Assembly: GCA_007280905.1 (NCBI GenBank)
Contig: QYQM01000001.1
Coordinates: 37,037 to 101,036 of the forward strand
Origin: Porphyromonadaceae bacterium
Lineage (GTDB): Bacteria > Bacteroidota > Bacteroidia > Bacteroidales > UBA12481
Direction: 5' to 3'
DNA: 64,000 nucleotides
The notes under the pieces are model-generated. The model made no database searches. It had not been told where the DNA came from and was given only the letters and a program-made list of their open reading frames with translations. This document shows, one piece after another, positions 27,490 through 36,560 of the stretch. A program made the translations under genes and the position numbers. Within the stretch, counting starts at the first letter, position 1; every line of letters starts with the position of its first letter.

Positions 27490-28457
27490 TTCTCTTCCTC
27501 CGTATTTGTCACCGGGTCGATTTCATCAACAGGTTTTCTGAGATTAACCACCGGTTTTGTCCGCAGAATAAAATCGTAGGCAGACTGCTGGCTGGCTTCA
27601 TGTTCCTCAGCAACAGGATACCACTTGGCAAATTTCACCAGATCAGCCAGTTCAAGTAGGGTTTTAAGCTCCTTGCGGATTCCTTCTTTAATGTGCCCGG
27701 CCTGGGTAAAGTCCCGGATAATATCCTCCGTGGTCTGTTCCATTGCAGGTACTTTAAACCTAAGCTCGATGTATTGACGGATAATATCGGTTAAGCGACT
27801 GTAATACAGCTTAATCTTTCCCTGTTGCCATAGTTTTTCCCTCACGAGTTCATCGAGTTGTTCCAAAGCCAGTAAATGTGCCGGAATTTGTGTGTGGGCG
27901 AGCTTTTCAACGATTTCGGACCCCTGCTTTTTCTTCCGCAAATACCTGATGTAAAGGATAATAATCGTGAGAAGCAATAACCCAACAATGATATAAGGCA
28001 GGATCTCGGTAAAAGTTACCTTGATTTCATAAGGAAGTTTTATATCGGTTATTCCTTTTGTCGTATCTACCGCCATTCCCAATACTTCCAGCGGCAATGC
28101 ACGTGTTTGAATGCTATCATGGTTATTATTAAAGCGAAAAGTGAATGGCGGAATAACATAAAACCCTGTATCAAAAGAGGTTACTACGAGTCTTTGTCTG
28201 ATCTTCCATATCCGGTTCATTTTACTGATAGTATCCGGTTTTGAAGCCGACAGCACTTCAATCTTCCCGGCAAGGGAATCTCCTGTAGCAGGAAAGTCAA
28301 TTCTTAATCCTTCAGGGTGCTCAAGCATGAACCATAAATTAACCTGGTCCCCAAGAAGTATCTTTGTGGTATCAAGCTTTGCATTTACTTTGATCTCCTG
28401 ACCAAAGGAGGGTAGTGCAAAAAGAAACAGTATGACGATGCTTAATCGGGATTTCAT
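27486..28457 (-). CDS. Bat-operon membrane protein of unknown function (BatD-like N-terminal domain, TM, helical tail)
   Basis: 323 aa with signal ...LPSFGQ, an ectodomain, a TM segment (ILPYIIVGLLLLTIIILYI) and a cytoplasmic tail. It has 4-nt overlaps with both neighbours. Confidence 0.6.
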   Translation of the reverse strand: MKSRLSIVILFLFALPSFGQEIKVNAKLDTTKILLGDQVNLWFMLEHPEGLRIDFPATGDSLAGKIEVLSASKPDTISKMNRIWKIRQRLVVTSFDTGFYVIPPFTFRFNNNHDSIQTRALPLEVLGMAVDTTKGITDIKLPYEIKVTFTEILPYIIVGLLLLTIIILYIRYLRKKKQGSEIVEKLAHTQIPAHLLALEQLDELVREKLWQQGKIKLYYSRLTDIIRQYIELRFKVPAMEQTTEDIIRDFTQAGHIKEGIRKELKTLLELADLVKFAKWYPVAEEHEASQQSAYDFILRTKPVVNLRKPVDEIDPVTNTEEEK

Positions 28458-29368
28458 TTCCGGCCTCTCTTTTTAAACAACCGGATTAACGGATTCACGT
28501 AATCCTGTGTAGTCAGCAGGCTGATGTAATCAATACCGCTCGAACGGAAAACTGCCTCCAGTTCAGTTTGAACTTTCTCCCACCATTTATCGTAATGCGA
28601 TCTGATTCTCCGGTTCGATGTATCAATCCAGGGGGATTCCAAAGTCTCCGGATCTGACATCCTGACCATCCCTATATCAGGCAACTGGCGTTCACCCGGA
28701 TCGGTGGTTTGTAATACGATCAGGTCATGCTTCCGGTTGGCAATCCGCAATCCCTCTCTTATTGCTGCAATTTCATCTAAGGATTGAATCATGAAATCTG
28801 AAATGACAAAGACGGTCGATTTTTTTTTGATGGCATGCGTAAAAAACCGCAGCGCCTCGGTAATATTAGTACCCCGGCTTACCGGTTTAAACTCAAGAAG
28901 TTCAAGAATAATGCGAAGGGTATGCTTTTTTCCTTTTTTTGGCGGTATGAATTTCTCAACCCGGTCAGAAAAAAAGATAACCCCGATCTTATCATTATTC
29001 TCAATGGCTGAAAATGCCAGTACTGCAGCCAGTTCAGTCATCAACTCCCGTTTCAGGCGATTTCGGGTACCAAATTCATTTGATCCCGAAACATCAACCA
29101 GGAGCATGACCGTTAACTCACGTTCTTCATCGAAAACTTTGATATAGGGCTTGTTAAACCGGGCTGTCACATTCCAATCGATGTTCCGGATCGGATCACC
29201 ATATTGATATTCACGGACTTCACTGAAGGTCATACCTTGTCCTTTGAAAGCACTATGGTATTGACCCGCAAAAACGTGCTGCGAAAGTCCGCGGGTCTTT
29301 ATCTCAATCCTTCTTACCTTATCTATGAGTTCTGCTGCAATCATTGATCCCCTATTGCCTGTGATCAA
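28454..29368 (-). CDS. DUF58 protein (vWA-like, MoxR partner)
   Basis: 304 aa. VREYQYGDPIRNIDWNVTARFNKPYIKVFDEERE is the DUF58 signature. Confidence 0.85.
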   Translation of the reverse strand: MITGNRGSMIAAELIDKVRRIEIKTRGLSQHVFAGQYHSAFKGQGMTFSEVREYQYGDPIRNIDWNVTARFNKPYIKVFDEERELTVMLLVDVSGSNEFGTRNRLKRELMTELAAVLAFSAIENNDKIGVIFFSDRVEKFIPPKKGKKHTLRIILELLEFKPVSRGTNITEALRFFTHAIKKKSTVFVISDFMIQSLDEIAAIREGLRIANRKHDLIVLQTTDPGERQLPDIGMVRMSDPETLESPWIDTSNRRIRSHYDKWWEKVQTELEAVFRSSGIDYISLLTTQDYVNPLIRLFKKRGRK

Positions 29369-30357
29369 GGGACTTCAACCTGATTTAGAATCCCTGTTAT
29401 AATATTGTCACTCTTAATGTCATCAGCTTCAGCTTCATAAGTGAGTCCGATACGATGCCTTAAAACATCATGGCACACTGTCCTGACGTCTTCCGGAACA
29501 ACGTATCCTCTGCGTTTTATAAAGGCAAAAGCTTTTGCTGCATAAGCAAGCGAGATGCTGGCCCTTGGACTTCCGCCAAACGAGATATAACGCTTATAAT
29601 CCGGCAGTTTATAATTGGCGGGTTCACGTGTGGCAAAAACGATATCCACAATATATTTTTCGATCTTTTCATCCATGTAAACCTCTTTTACCACTTCCCG
29701 TGCACGAAGAATGGCATCGGTCGATAAAACCTTGTTTGCCATAGGAAATTCTTTGGCCAGGTTTTGCCTCATGATAAGGGTTTCCTCTTCCTTATTCGGA
29801 TAATCGATAACCACCTTCAGCATAAACCGGTCAACCTGCGCTTCGGGAAGCGGGTAGGTACCTTCCAGTTCAATCGGGTTTTGAGTAGCCAGTACCAGAA
29901 ATGGTTCAGGTAAGGTATAACTATGTGTTCCGATGGTTACCTGCCTTTCCTGCATTGCCTCCAAAAGAGCGCTCTGAACCTTAGCCGGGGCCCTGTTGAT
30001 CTCGTCAGCCAGAATGAAATTGCTGAAAATCGGACCTTTCCTTACGACAAAATCTTCATTCTTCTGACTGTAAACCAAAGTACCGATCAGGTCAGCGGGC
30101 AAAAGATCAGGAGTAAATTGTATTCTCGAAAAATCAGCGTTTATCGTGCTCGCCAGCGTACGGATCGCCAGGGTTTTTGCTAATCCCGGCACCCCTTCCA
30201 ATAGCAGGTGCCCGTTCGAAAGCAGTCCGATTAATAAGCTATCGATCAGGTGTTTCTGACCAACAATCACCTTATTCATTTCAAGGGTGATCATTTCAAC
30301 AAATCCGCTTTCCTGCTGGATTTTTTCGTTAATCAGCCGGATGTCAATTGAATTCAT
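29365..30357 (-). CDS. MoxR-family AAA+ ATPase
   Basis: Walker A LLEGVPGLAKT, Walker B ILADEINRAP, and VLATQNPIE. I prefer the ATG at 30357 (MNSIDIR) over the GTG at 30369. Confidence 0.9.
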   Translation of the reverse strand: MNSIDIRLINEKIQQESGFVEMITLEMNKVIVGQKHLIDSLLIGLLSNGHLLLEGVPGLAKTLAIRTLASTINADFSRIQFTPDLLPADLIGTLVYSQKNEDFVVRKGPIFSNFILADEINRAPAKVQSALLEAMQERQVTIGTHSYTLPEPFLVLATQNPIELEGTYPLPEAQVDRFMLKVVIDYPNKEEETLIMRQNLAKEFPMANKVLSTDAILRAREVVKEVYMDEKIEKYIVDIVFATREPANYKLPDYKRYISFGGSPRASISLAYAAKAFAFIKRRGYVVPEDVRTVCHDVLRHRIGLTYEAEADDIKSDNIITGILNQVEVP

Positions 30358-30430
30358 ATTGTTTAGCACAGTTTTAACGGGCCGAAAATAGCAGAAACCA
30401 CTATTAATTTTTTGATATTTTTGTTAACGT

Positions 30431-31243
30431 ATGTTAACCACACAAACCATTGGATTTCGGTATTTTATTGAATTGGCATTCAATGGTACCCCTTTTCATG
30501 GCTGGCAGATTCAACCCGGAGCTGATACGGTACAAGAAACAATAAATTATGCTATAGGCACATTGATCGGACAACCCATAAACCTGGTCGGATGCGGAAG
30601 AACCGATGCAGGAGTGCATGCATCACATTTTGTGGCACATTTCGATGTTGAAAATCCTATCTCGGATTGCAACCTCTTGACATATAGGCTTAATCGTTTT
30701 ATAAATAAACCAATCCGCATTGACCGCATTGTTCCGGTAAATGCTGATTTTCATGCCCGTTTCCATGCAGTATCAAGGACGTATCATTACCTGATTTCCC
30801 ATAACAAGGCCCCGTTTATGAAAGATTTCTCGTGGGACTTTTCAATGTCAATCGATATCGATGCCATGAATGTTGCCTGCAGGGTTCTCATAGGCAAGCA
30901 CGATTTTAAAAGCTTCAGTAAACTTCATACCGATATTAAGACTAACGATTGTGAGGTCTTTGAAGCTTTCTGGAGAGAGCATTCAGGTTTCCTTGTTTTC
31001 AAAATCCGCTCCGATCGTTTTCTTAGAAACATGGTCAGGGCTATTGTCGGTACCCTTATCGAAGTTGGAAAGGGCAAAATAAAACCTGCTGAGGTTGAAG
31101 GGATTTTGCAGGCGAAGGATCGCGCGAAGGCTGGCATGTCAGTGCCTGCGAAAGGGTTGTATCTCACAAAGGTAGACTATCCCCCTGAGGTTTTCCGGGT
31201 TGATCCAAAACCTCCCTTTTCCAACTGGTTTTGGGCCGGTTAA
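30431..31243 (+). CDS. truA: tRNA pseudouridine(38-40) synthase TruA
   Basis: 270 aa with the GCGRTDAGVHA catalytic-Asp motif and RFLRNMVR. Confidence 0.92.
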   Translation: MLTTQTIGFRYFIELAFNGTPFHGWQIQPGADTVQETINYAIGTLIGQPINLVGCGRTDAGVHASHFVAHFDVENPISDCNLLTYRLNRFINKPIRIDRIVPVNADFHARFHAVSRTYHYLISHNKAPFMKDFSWDFSMSIDIDAMNVACRVLIGKHDFKSFSKLHTDIKTNDCEVFEAFWREHSGFLVFKIRSDRFLRNMVRAIVGTLIEVGKGKIKPAEVEGILQAKDRAKAGMSVPAKGLYLTKVDYPPEVFRVDPKPPFSNWFWAG

Positions 31244-32004
31244 ACGGGTTGCTTCATCCAGATTTCCCAGGATGCCTCCGCTTGTTCATAAAGCATGGTG
31301 CTGCCATTCATCAACCTGGACCCGGCTTCGATTCCCTTGCTTAGAAATCCGGTGATTTCAGGATTATAAACCAGGTCAAACAGGTAATGGCCTGGTGTTA
31401 AATACTGATAAGGCAGTGATAGCATTTCGTGTACGTCAGGAAACATGCCGACAGGGGTACAATTAACCCACAAAAGATGATCTATAACCATTTCTTCGGT
31501 TAGGGCCTCATAAGGAATAAAGCCTTCCTCTTTTTTTCTTGAAACTGTAGTGAATTCAATATCCAATTGGCCCAATGCGTACCTGATGGCCAGGGAAGAT
31601 CCTCCTGAACCAAAAACAAGAGCCTTGATGGAATTATTTATTGGCCATCGCGTCACACTCTTGGTAAACCCGATGACATCAGTATTATAACCGCTTAAAA
31701 TGCACCTGCTGCTAGTACGGGTAATTTTTATGGTATTGACAGCACCAATTTTCACTGCAACCGGATCAATCTCATCGAGATAGCTCATAACGGTCTGTTT
31801 ATATGGAATAGTTACATTCAGACCGACAAGATCCGTAGTCTCCCTGACGATTTTTTTTATGAGTCCTATAGATGGGATTTCAAAGTTCTCATAACTATGA
31901 TTAACCAACCCTTCCAGTTCAAATTTACGGGAAAAATGGCCTTTTGAGTAGGAGTGACCCAGTGGATAGCCGATTAGACCAAACGTCTTGTTTTGGCTTT
32001 GCAT
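31240..32004 (-). CDS. aroE: Shikimate 5-dehydrogenase
   Basis: 254 aa with FGLIGYPLGHSYSKGHF, LNVTIPYK, NTD and GSGGSS. Confidence 0.88.
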   Translation of the reverse strand: MQSQNKTFGLIGYPLGHSYSKGHFSRKFELEGLVNHSYENFEIPSIGLIKKIVRETTDLVGLNVTIPYKQTVMSYLDEIDPVAVKIGAVNTIKITRTSSRCILSGYNTDVIGFTKSVTRWPINNSIKALVFGSGGSSLAIRYALGQLDIEFTTVSRKKEEGFIPYEALTEEMVIDHLLWVNCTPVGMFPDVHEMLSLPYQYLTPGHYLFDLVYNPEITGFLSKGIEAGSRLMNGSTMLYEQAEASWEIWMKQPV

Positions 32005-32010
32005 GAGAGT

Positions 32011-33579
32011 TTACTGAAATTCTCTATGTTCAGGCCTTAATAAATCATTGATGATTTTAACCGGATTAAAGGTGGTTAGTGGTACTTCAATAAAAATTGT
32101 ATTCCAATCAGACATAGAACCATTCCATAATCCCGGCAGCTCCTGGGCTTTAATAACCTTTCCATCTATCGATTTTTCTGTTATAAGGCCTGTTTCAGGG
32201 TTTACGAAACTCGACAAATCAAATGGCTCACCTTTATAATTACGTGTGGAACAAACCAGGTCGACCGGATTGAAATGGGTGGAATTCTGAAGGATATGCT
32301 CCTGCTCGGGATTTTTCCGGTCAATCTGTGAAGCTTCTACTATCTGCAGACTGGTTGACCCATCTCTGTTTTTTACCCAGCAAGGCCCCCCTCCGGGTTC
32401 GCCTTCATTTTCAACCATACCGCAAATGCGGATTGGCCTGTTGAGTTTTCTTCTCATGTAATCAACCTTTTCTTCCTTCTTCCATTTTTCACTTTCCGGC
32501 GGTGGAATAACATTCAGTTTATTCTCTACAAATGACCACATGGCATCGATAACCTTCATTGAAGATTGAGTAGGATTGTCTAAACCATTGAGGAAGGAAA
32601 ACATTTGATCCTGCAAGGCAATCAGGTACCCTGATAAGACCTTTTTAAACACGTACGTATCATCTTTAAACCGGTCGTGACAAACATTGTCAATATTCTT
32701 AATTATCACCAGGTCGGCATCCAGGTTGGTTAAATTCTGAAGCAGAGCACCATGTCCGCCTGGTCTGAATTCAAGTTGACCGCTTTCATCCCTGAAAGGA
32801 TTGTTCTGCCCGTCAACTGCAATAACATCGGTTGAGGGATCCTGAATGCTGTATGAAATCTGATATTCAATGTTGTACTTTTCTTCGTAGGCTTTCCTGA
32901 TCTCCCGGAAATGTGCTTCCATTAAATCAACATGCTGAGGGAGTGACGTAAAGTGAATAAAGCAATTTTTATTTCCTGAAATGGCATAATAGGCAGCTTC
33001 AGCAAGATGTTCGGCGAAGGCTGTCCTGACTTCATCTCCGTAGGTATGAAAAGGAATAAGAGCTTTAGGAAGGTTACCAAATTCGAGACCCCGCTCCGTA
33101 AGCATCGTATTCAGGATTTTTTCATACCTGCTTTCCTGCATTACAGTGTCAAAGTCAAGTCCGCGTTTCTCCAGAGCATCGAGAAGAATAGGGAAAAAGG
33201 AAAACTCCTGGATATGTTCAAAGAAATAGTAAACGGAATCCGGTCCGCGGTCTTTTAATAATTCGAGTTGGTTTTCACTGGTTCCGCGATAGAAACTCCG
33301 GAATTCATAAAGGTGCTTAAACATTCGCGACGCTGCGCCGGAAGCTGGTACGAACTTAATAACTTTGTGATTTTGAGCGTACAATCGATACAATTCAACC
33401 AGTTCATCAATCCTTCGCGGACTCAGTTGTTGAATGCCATGCTTGACGGTTGCAGCGGCAACCAGAGGAATCGTTGGGAAGCCATTTAGAAAATTCTGCA
33501 ATTGTTTCTTAACATCAGAAATTTTCATACCTCTCCCGGCAATTTGATCTTGGTCATCTGTTGTTAGTATTGCTCCCAT
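32011..33579 (-). CDS. DUF4301-like protein (unknown function; nucleotidyltransferase-like motifs)
   Basis: 522 aa. Family call is from memory of size and sequence pattern. Gly-rich FVPASGAASRMF and RPGGHGALL are noted in the findings. Confidence 0.6.
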   Translation of the reverse strand: MGAILTTDDQDQIAGRGMKISDVKKQLQNFLNGFPTIPLVAAATVKHGIQQLSPRRIDELVELYRLYAQNHKVIKFVPASGAASRMFKHLYEFRSFYRGTSENQLELLKDRGPDSVYYFFEHIQEFSFFPILLDALEKRGLDFDTVMQESRYEKILNTMLTERGLEFGNLPKALIPFHTYGDEVRTAFAEHLAEAAYYAISGNKNCFIHFTSLPQHVDLMEAHFREIRKAYEEKYNIEYQISYSIQDPSTDVIAVDGQNNPFRDESGQLEFRPGGHGALLQNLTNLDADLVIIKNIDNVCHDRFKDDTYVFKKVLSGYLIALQDQMFSFLNGLDNPTQSSMKVIDAMWSFVENKLNVIPPPESEKWKKEEKVDYMRRKLNRPIRICGMVENEGEPGGGPCWVKNRDGSTSLQIVEASQIDRKNPEQEHILQNSTHFNPVDLVCSTRNYKGEPFDLSSFVNPETGLITEKSIDGKVIKAQELPGLWNGSMSDWNTIFIEVPLTTFNPVKIINDLLRPEHREFQ

Positions 33580-33644
33580 ATTGAAAACCCCTTCCAGTTT
33601 GAACGTCCAAATTACAAAAATCCATTCAAAAGGATGCCTTTTTA

Positions 33645-34100
33645 TTAGTCCCTGGTTATCAGACCGATAGTTTTCTCAAGCCATTCGGCATCAGTTTCAT
33701 CAAAGGAGTTAAGACTTTCACTGTCAACGTCCAGCACCCCTGCAACCCCTCCACTGAGGTCATGAAATGGGACAACGATTTCGGATTTTGAACGGGAATC
33801 ACAGGCAATATGACCTTCAAATAAATGCACGTCAGCAACAATAATCGTTTTATCTGATCGGATTCCGGCCCAACAAACGCCCTGATCTTTATTTAGTTCC
33901 ATACAGGCAACTGGTCCCTGATAGGTGGCGACAATAAGCCGTTCATTCTTTAAAAGATAAAACCCGGTCCAGAAAAAACAGGGCATTTTATGGTGTAAAA
34001 CAGCACAAACAGTCGCCATCCTGGCTGGTCTGTCGGTGCATTTCTGCATCAATCCCGAAATTTGTTGATAGATACGCTCGTATCTGGCGGCTTTATTCAT
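33645..34100 (-). CDS. GAF-domain protein, free methionine-(R)-sulfoxide reductase (MsrC/YebR)-like
   Basis: 151 aa with FWTGFYLL...ATYQGPVAC...GVCW...HIACDSRSKSEIVVP, the fRMsr-type GAF pattern. Confidence 0.8.
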   Translation of the reverse strand: MNKAARYERIYQQISGLMQKCTDRPARMATVCAVLHHKMPCFFWTGFYLLKNERLIVATYQGPVACMELNKDQGVCWAGIRSDKTIIVADVHLFEGHIACDSRSKSEIVVPFHDLSGGVAGVLDVDSESLNSFDETDAEWLEKTIGLITRD

Positions 34101-34142
34101 AGTGGCAAAAATAACTAAGATTTTTTCATGAAAAAATATTAA

Positions 34143-34325
34143 AAAACGATTCTTTCAAATCTGAAAAGAGGGAATGCAAGAGCGATCAGGTTTTCAACGC
34201 TGGAGGCTTTGTGCGGGACGTTACGCTGTCAACCTGCAGATTTGCTCGAGTATTCATCAGATAATAATATCTGGAAAGAGAAACCGATCGATCTGATCGG
34301 TATCCTTAAGAACAAATCCAGTTAG
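34143..34325 (+). pseudogene. 5'-truncated relic of a yozG-like XRE-family HTH regulator
   Basis: No ATG, so not in the ORF track. My translation is KTILSNLKRGNARAIRFSTLEALCGTLRCQPADLLEYSSDNNIWKEKPIDLIGILKNKSS*. It matches the C-terminal two thirds of the ~70-aa family (...GITxxNLSxLKxGKAKAIRFSTLEAICxxLxCQPGDLLEY) as I recall it. The first ~27 codons are missing, an in-frame TAA lies at 34140-34142, and there is an apparent 3-codon internal gap. Confidence 0.55.
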
Positions 34326-34347
34326 AAAGATCAGGTGTATTAACAAG

Positions 34348-34373
34348 AAAGGCCGGATCAACCGGCCTTTTTT
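34348..34373. terminator. Bidirectional intrinsic terminator
   Basis: Stem AAAGGCCGG / CCGGCCTTT with loop ATCAA, T-run TTTTTT on the + strand and an A-run on the other side. It sits 23 nt after the relic stop (+) and 12 nt after the stop of the - strand gene ending at 34385. Confidence 0.75.
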
Positions 34374-34384
34374 GTGTTAAGAAG

Positions 34385-36538
34385 TTAATTCCTCCATAAA
34401 TAACTGGCCTTAAAGAAGACTCCCCTGATGGTTTCCAGATAATCCGAACCTGGCTGGTATTCATGACCGTTCCAGGCCACCTTTTGATAAAGCGATCCAT
34501 ATCCGATATGCACAACTGTGCCAGGAATGTAGGTGAATGAAACAAGAAAGTCGGTTGACAGATCCTTTTCGTACGAGTTATATTCCACTATCCCGCGCAC
34601 AAAAAGTTTTGAGGTTAATTGAAAGGTGTTCCGGTTGCGAATGATCAGATAACTGAATTCCCTCACCGGGTTTTCAATTTGGTAAAAGTCGGAATAGTTT
34701 AAAATCAGATCCGACTGAAATTTTTTAAATGGCTGAAAATTAATGCTTAAACTAGCCGTTGTTCCCCAACCGGTATAGGGACCTTCAACATATCGGGTCC
34801 GGTATCCGAATTGATATTGAGTCTTTATCCTGAGGCTTTGAATCACTTGAGAACTGCCATTAAGATGAAAGGAATGAGTCCGGAAACGCTGGTTCAGGTA
34901 AACCTCATCCGATGGATTAAAAAAGAAACTGATCTGGGTGGAACGCTGACCACTAGCGGACATTCCGACTCCAAAATCACGCTCCCACAAACCCGAGCGG
35001 ATATCCTGATTCAGGAAACCGTAAAAATTTGGGGCAAGCTTTCGGAAAAAACCCTTATCGCGGTAAAAACTGTACGCAGCATACACAGTCATATTGTTAA
35101 TCCCCGACCTGAGCAGAAATCCGCTTTGAGTTATAAAACTCCCGCCAATATGCTGTATTTGAAAATCTCCGGATAACCGGTTGGTGTTTTTGGAAAGACT
35201 GACTGTTCCCATCCAATCGGTCTTTTTATTTGCCCCGGGGGCACTTACTGTACCAGAGCCTAAAGCATTAAATTTCAACGAGGTAGATGGATTGAGCCTC
35301 CATCGGCCATCAATTCCTCCAACCCGGTTGTAAATCCCGGACCCTTCCCTGTCGGTGGCTATAGCACCAATATAGGAATCATCATTAAACGAATGATGCA
35401 ACCTTCCGATGGCGTAATTAATAAAGGTATTTACGGAATCGCCGGCAGTGCCCTCAAATGGATCGTCCAGTGCATATAAAAAGCCAATCCGGTCATGATT
35501 GGTTATTTTTCCGGTAAGTTTGATACCGGCCAAAGGATTTATGATCTGACGGGTATGAAAAGCCTGCTGGAAGAAGCCCATCTCGCTCGTTGCGGCAATA
35601 TCAAAATTATCTTTTCCCTCTTGAAAAAAAGGCCGCTTTTCAGGGTAATACAGGGCATAGCGTTGATTTTCAGATATCTGCCCGGCATCTGATTCTACCT
35701 GGCTGAAATCAGGGTTTATGGCCATGTCCAGGATCAACTGGGAATTAATCCCGACAGTGCCTGTTAAACCTATAGACGGTTTATTAGCTGTAATGCCGAA
35801 AATTCCGTTTTCGTGCTGTTGTTTAAAGGAATAGGTCAGTGCCGGAAGCAGTTCAATCAGGGTATAATGTCTAATGCCGACAAAAGAGAAACCTTTGCCT
35901 TGAGTCAGAAAATTCATGCCTTGGTCAGGGTTTAGCGGCGGGTAGGTTGCTTGCTGGGATAACCGCTGAATCCTTCTTTCAAAAATAAACCCCATGGTAA
36001 CAGGTTCTTTTCTTTGGTATCTGAGACTTTTAAAGGGAATCTCGATTTCTACCTGATAACCATCGGGTTGGATTGAAGCTTTTGATTCGAAGACATAATC
36101 CGCTCCTAAATCCTCCTGATTGGAGGATGACCGGCCATCCATCTGGATTCCACGAGGATTAACATATATACAGATAAGACTTTGCTGATCAAAGAACGGA
36201 TCAAAATTAATACACACCCAATCTTCATTCTTGATCTGGTCCCGTGCTGTTATCGTAGCCTTGAGTTTATCCGGTTCAGGGTCTTTGCAATCGAATCCAA
36301 TATAAAGGTTTTCCTCATCATAAGTGATCATCGCAATGGTTGCAAATGCTGCCGGTGATCCAAAATCGGGCACATAAGATTTGAAATCAGAATAACGTGG
36401 AAGTGTTTTCCAGACTTCATCATCGAGCTTTCCATCAATTAAGGGTCGTCCGGAAGCTTTTGCTACCAGGATAGGATCCTGAGAGTAAAGAGCTGAAAAA
36501 CAAATGTTAAATCCCAGTACCAAGATCAAAAATCTCAT
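34385..36538 (-). CDS. CBM9-like / DUF5916-type outer-membrane protein
   Basis: Signal MRFLILVLGFNICFSALYSQD, then PLIDGKLDDEVWKTLPRYSDF...EENLYIGFDC (CBM9/DOMON-like), then a long beta-rich C-terminus. I prefer the start at 36538 over 36586. Confidence 0.7.
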   Translation of the reverse strand: MRFLILVLGFNICFSALYSQDPILVAKASGRPLIDGKLDDEVWKTLPRYSDFKSYVPDFGSPAAFATIAMITYDEENLYIGFDCKDPEPDKLKATITARDQIKNEDWVCINFDPFFDQQSLICIYVNPRGIQMDGRSSSNQEDLGADYVFESKASIQPDGYQVEIEIPFKSLRYQRKEPVTMGFIFERRIQRLSQQATYPPLNPDQGMNFLTQGKGFSFVGIRHYTLIELLPALTYSFKQQHENGIFGITANKPSIGLTGTVGINSQLILDMAINPDFSQVESDAGQISENQRYALYYPEKRPFFQEGKDNFDIAATSEMGFFQQAFHTRQIINPLAGIKLTGKITNHDRIGFLYALDDPFEGTAGDSVNTFINYAIGRLHHSFNDDSYIGAIATDREGSGIYNRVGGIDGRWRLNPSTSLKFNALGSGTVSAPGANKKTDWMGTVSLSKNTNRLSGDFQIQHIGGSFITQSGFLLRSGINNMTVYAAYSFYRDKGFFRKLAPNFYGFLNQDIRSGLWERDFGVGMSASGQRSTQISFFFNPSDEVYLNQRFRTHSFHLNGSSQVIQSLRIKTQYQFGYRTRYVEGPYTGWGTTASLSINFQPFKKFQSDLILNYSDFYQIENPVREFSYLIIRNRNTFQLTSKLFVRGIVEYNSYEKDLSTDFLVSFTYIPGTVVHIGYGSLYQKVAWNGHEYQPGSDYLETIRGVFFKASYLWRN

Positions 36539-36560
36539 TGGCCATGCAATAATTGTATAA

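Noticed and set aside
28820-28828. T9 (A9 on the coding strand) homopolymer inside the DUF58 gene (codons KKK)
   Set aside because: It could be slippage-prone, but the reading frame is intact and similar K-rich runs occur nearby. There is no evidence for phase variation from a single sequence.
34166-34210. AGAGGGAAT... string resembling the 5' block of the cobalamin riboswitch at 54683
   Set aside because: None of the other conserved blocks follow (GGTGAAAA.CC, GCCACTG, GGGAAGGC, B12 box). The segment is explained by the yozG-like coding relic (codons KRGNARAIRF).
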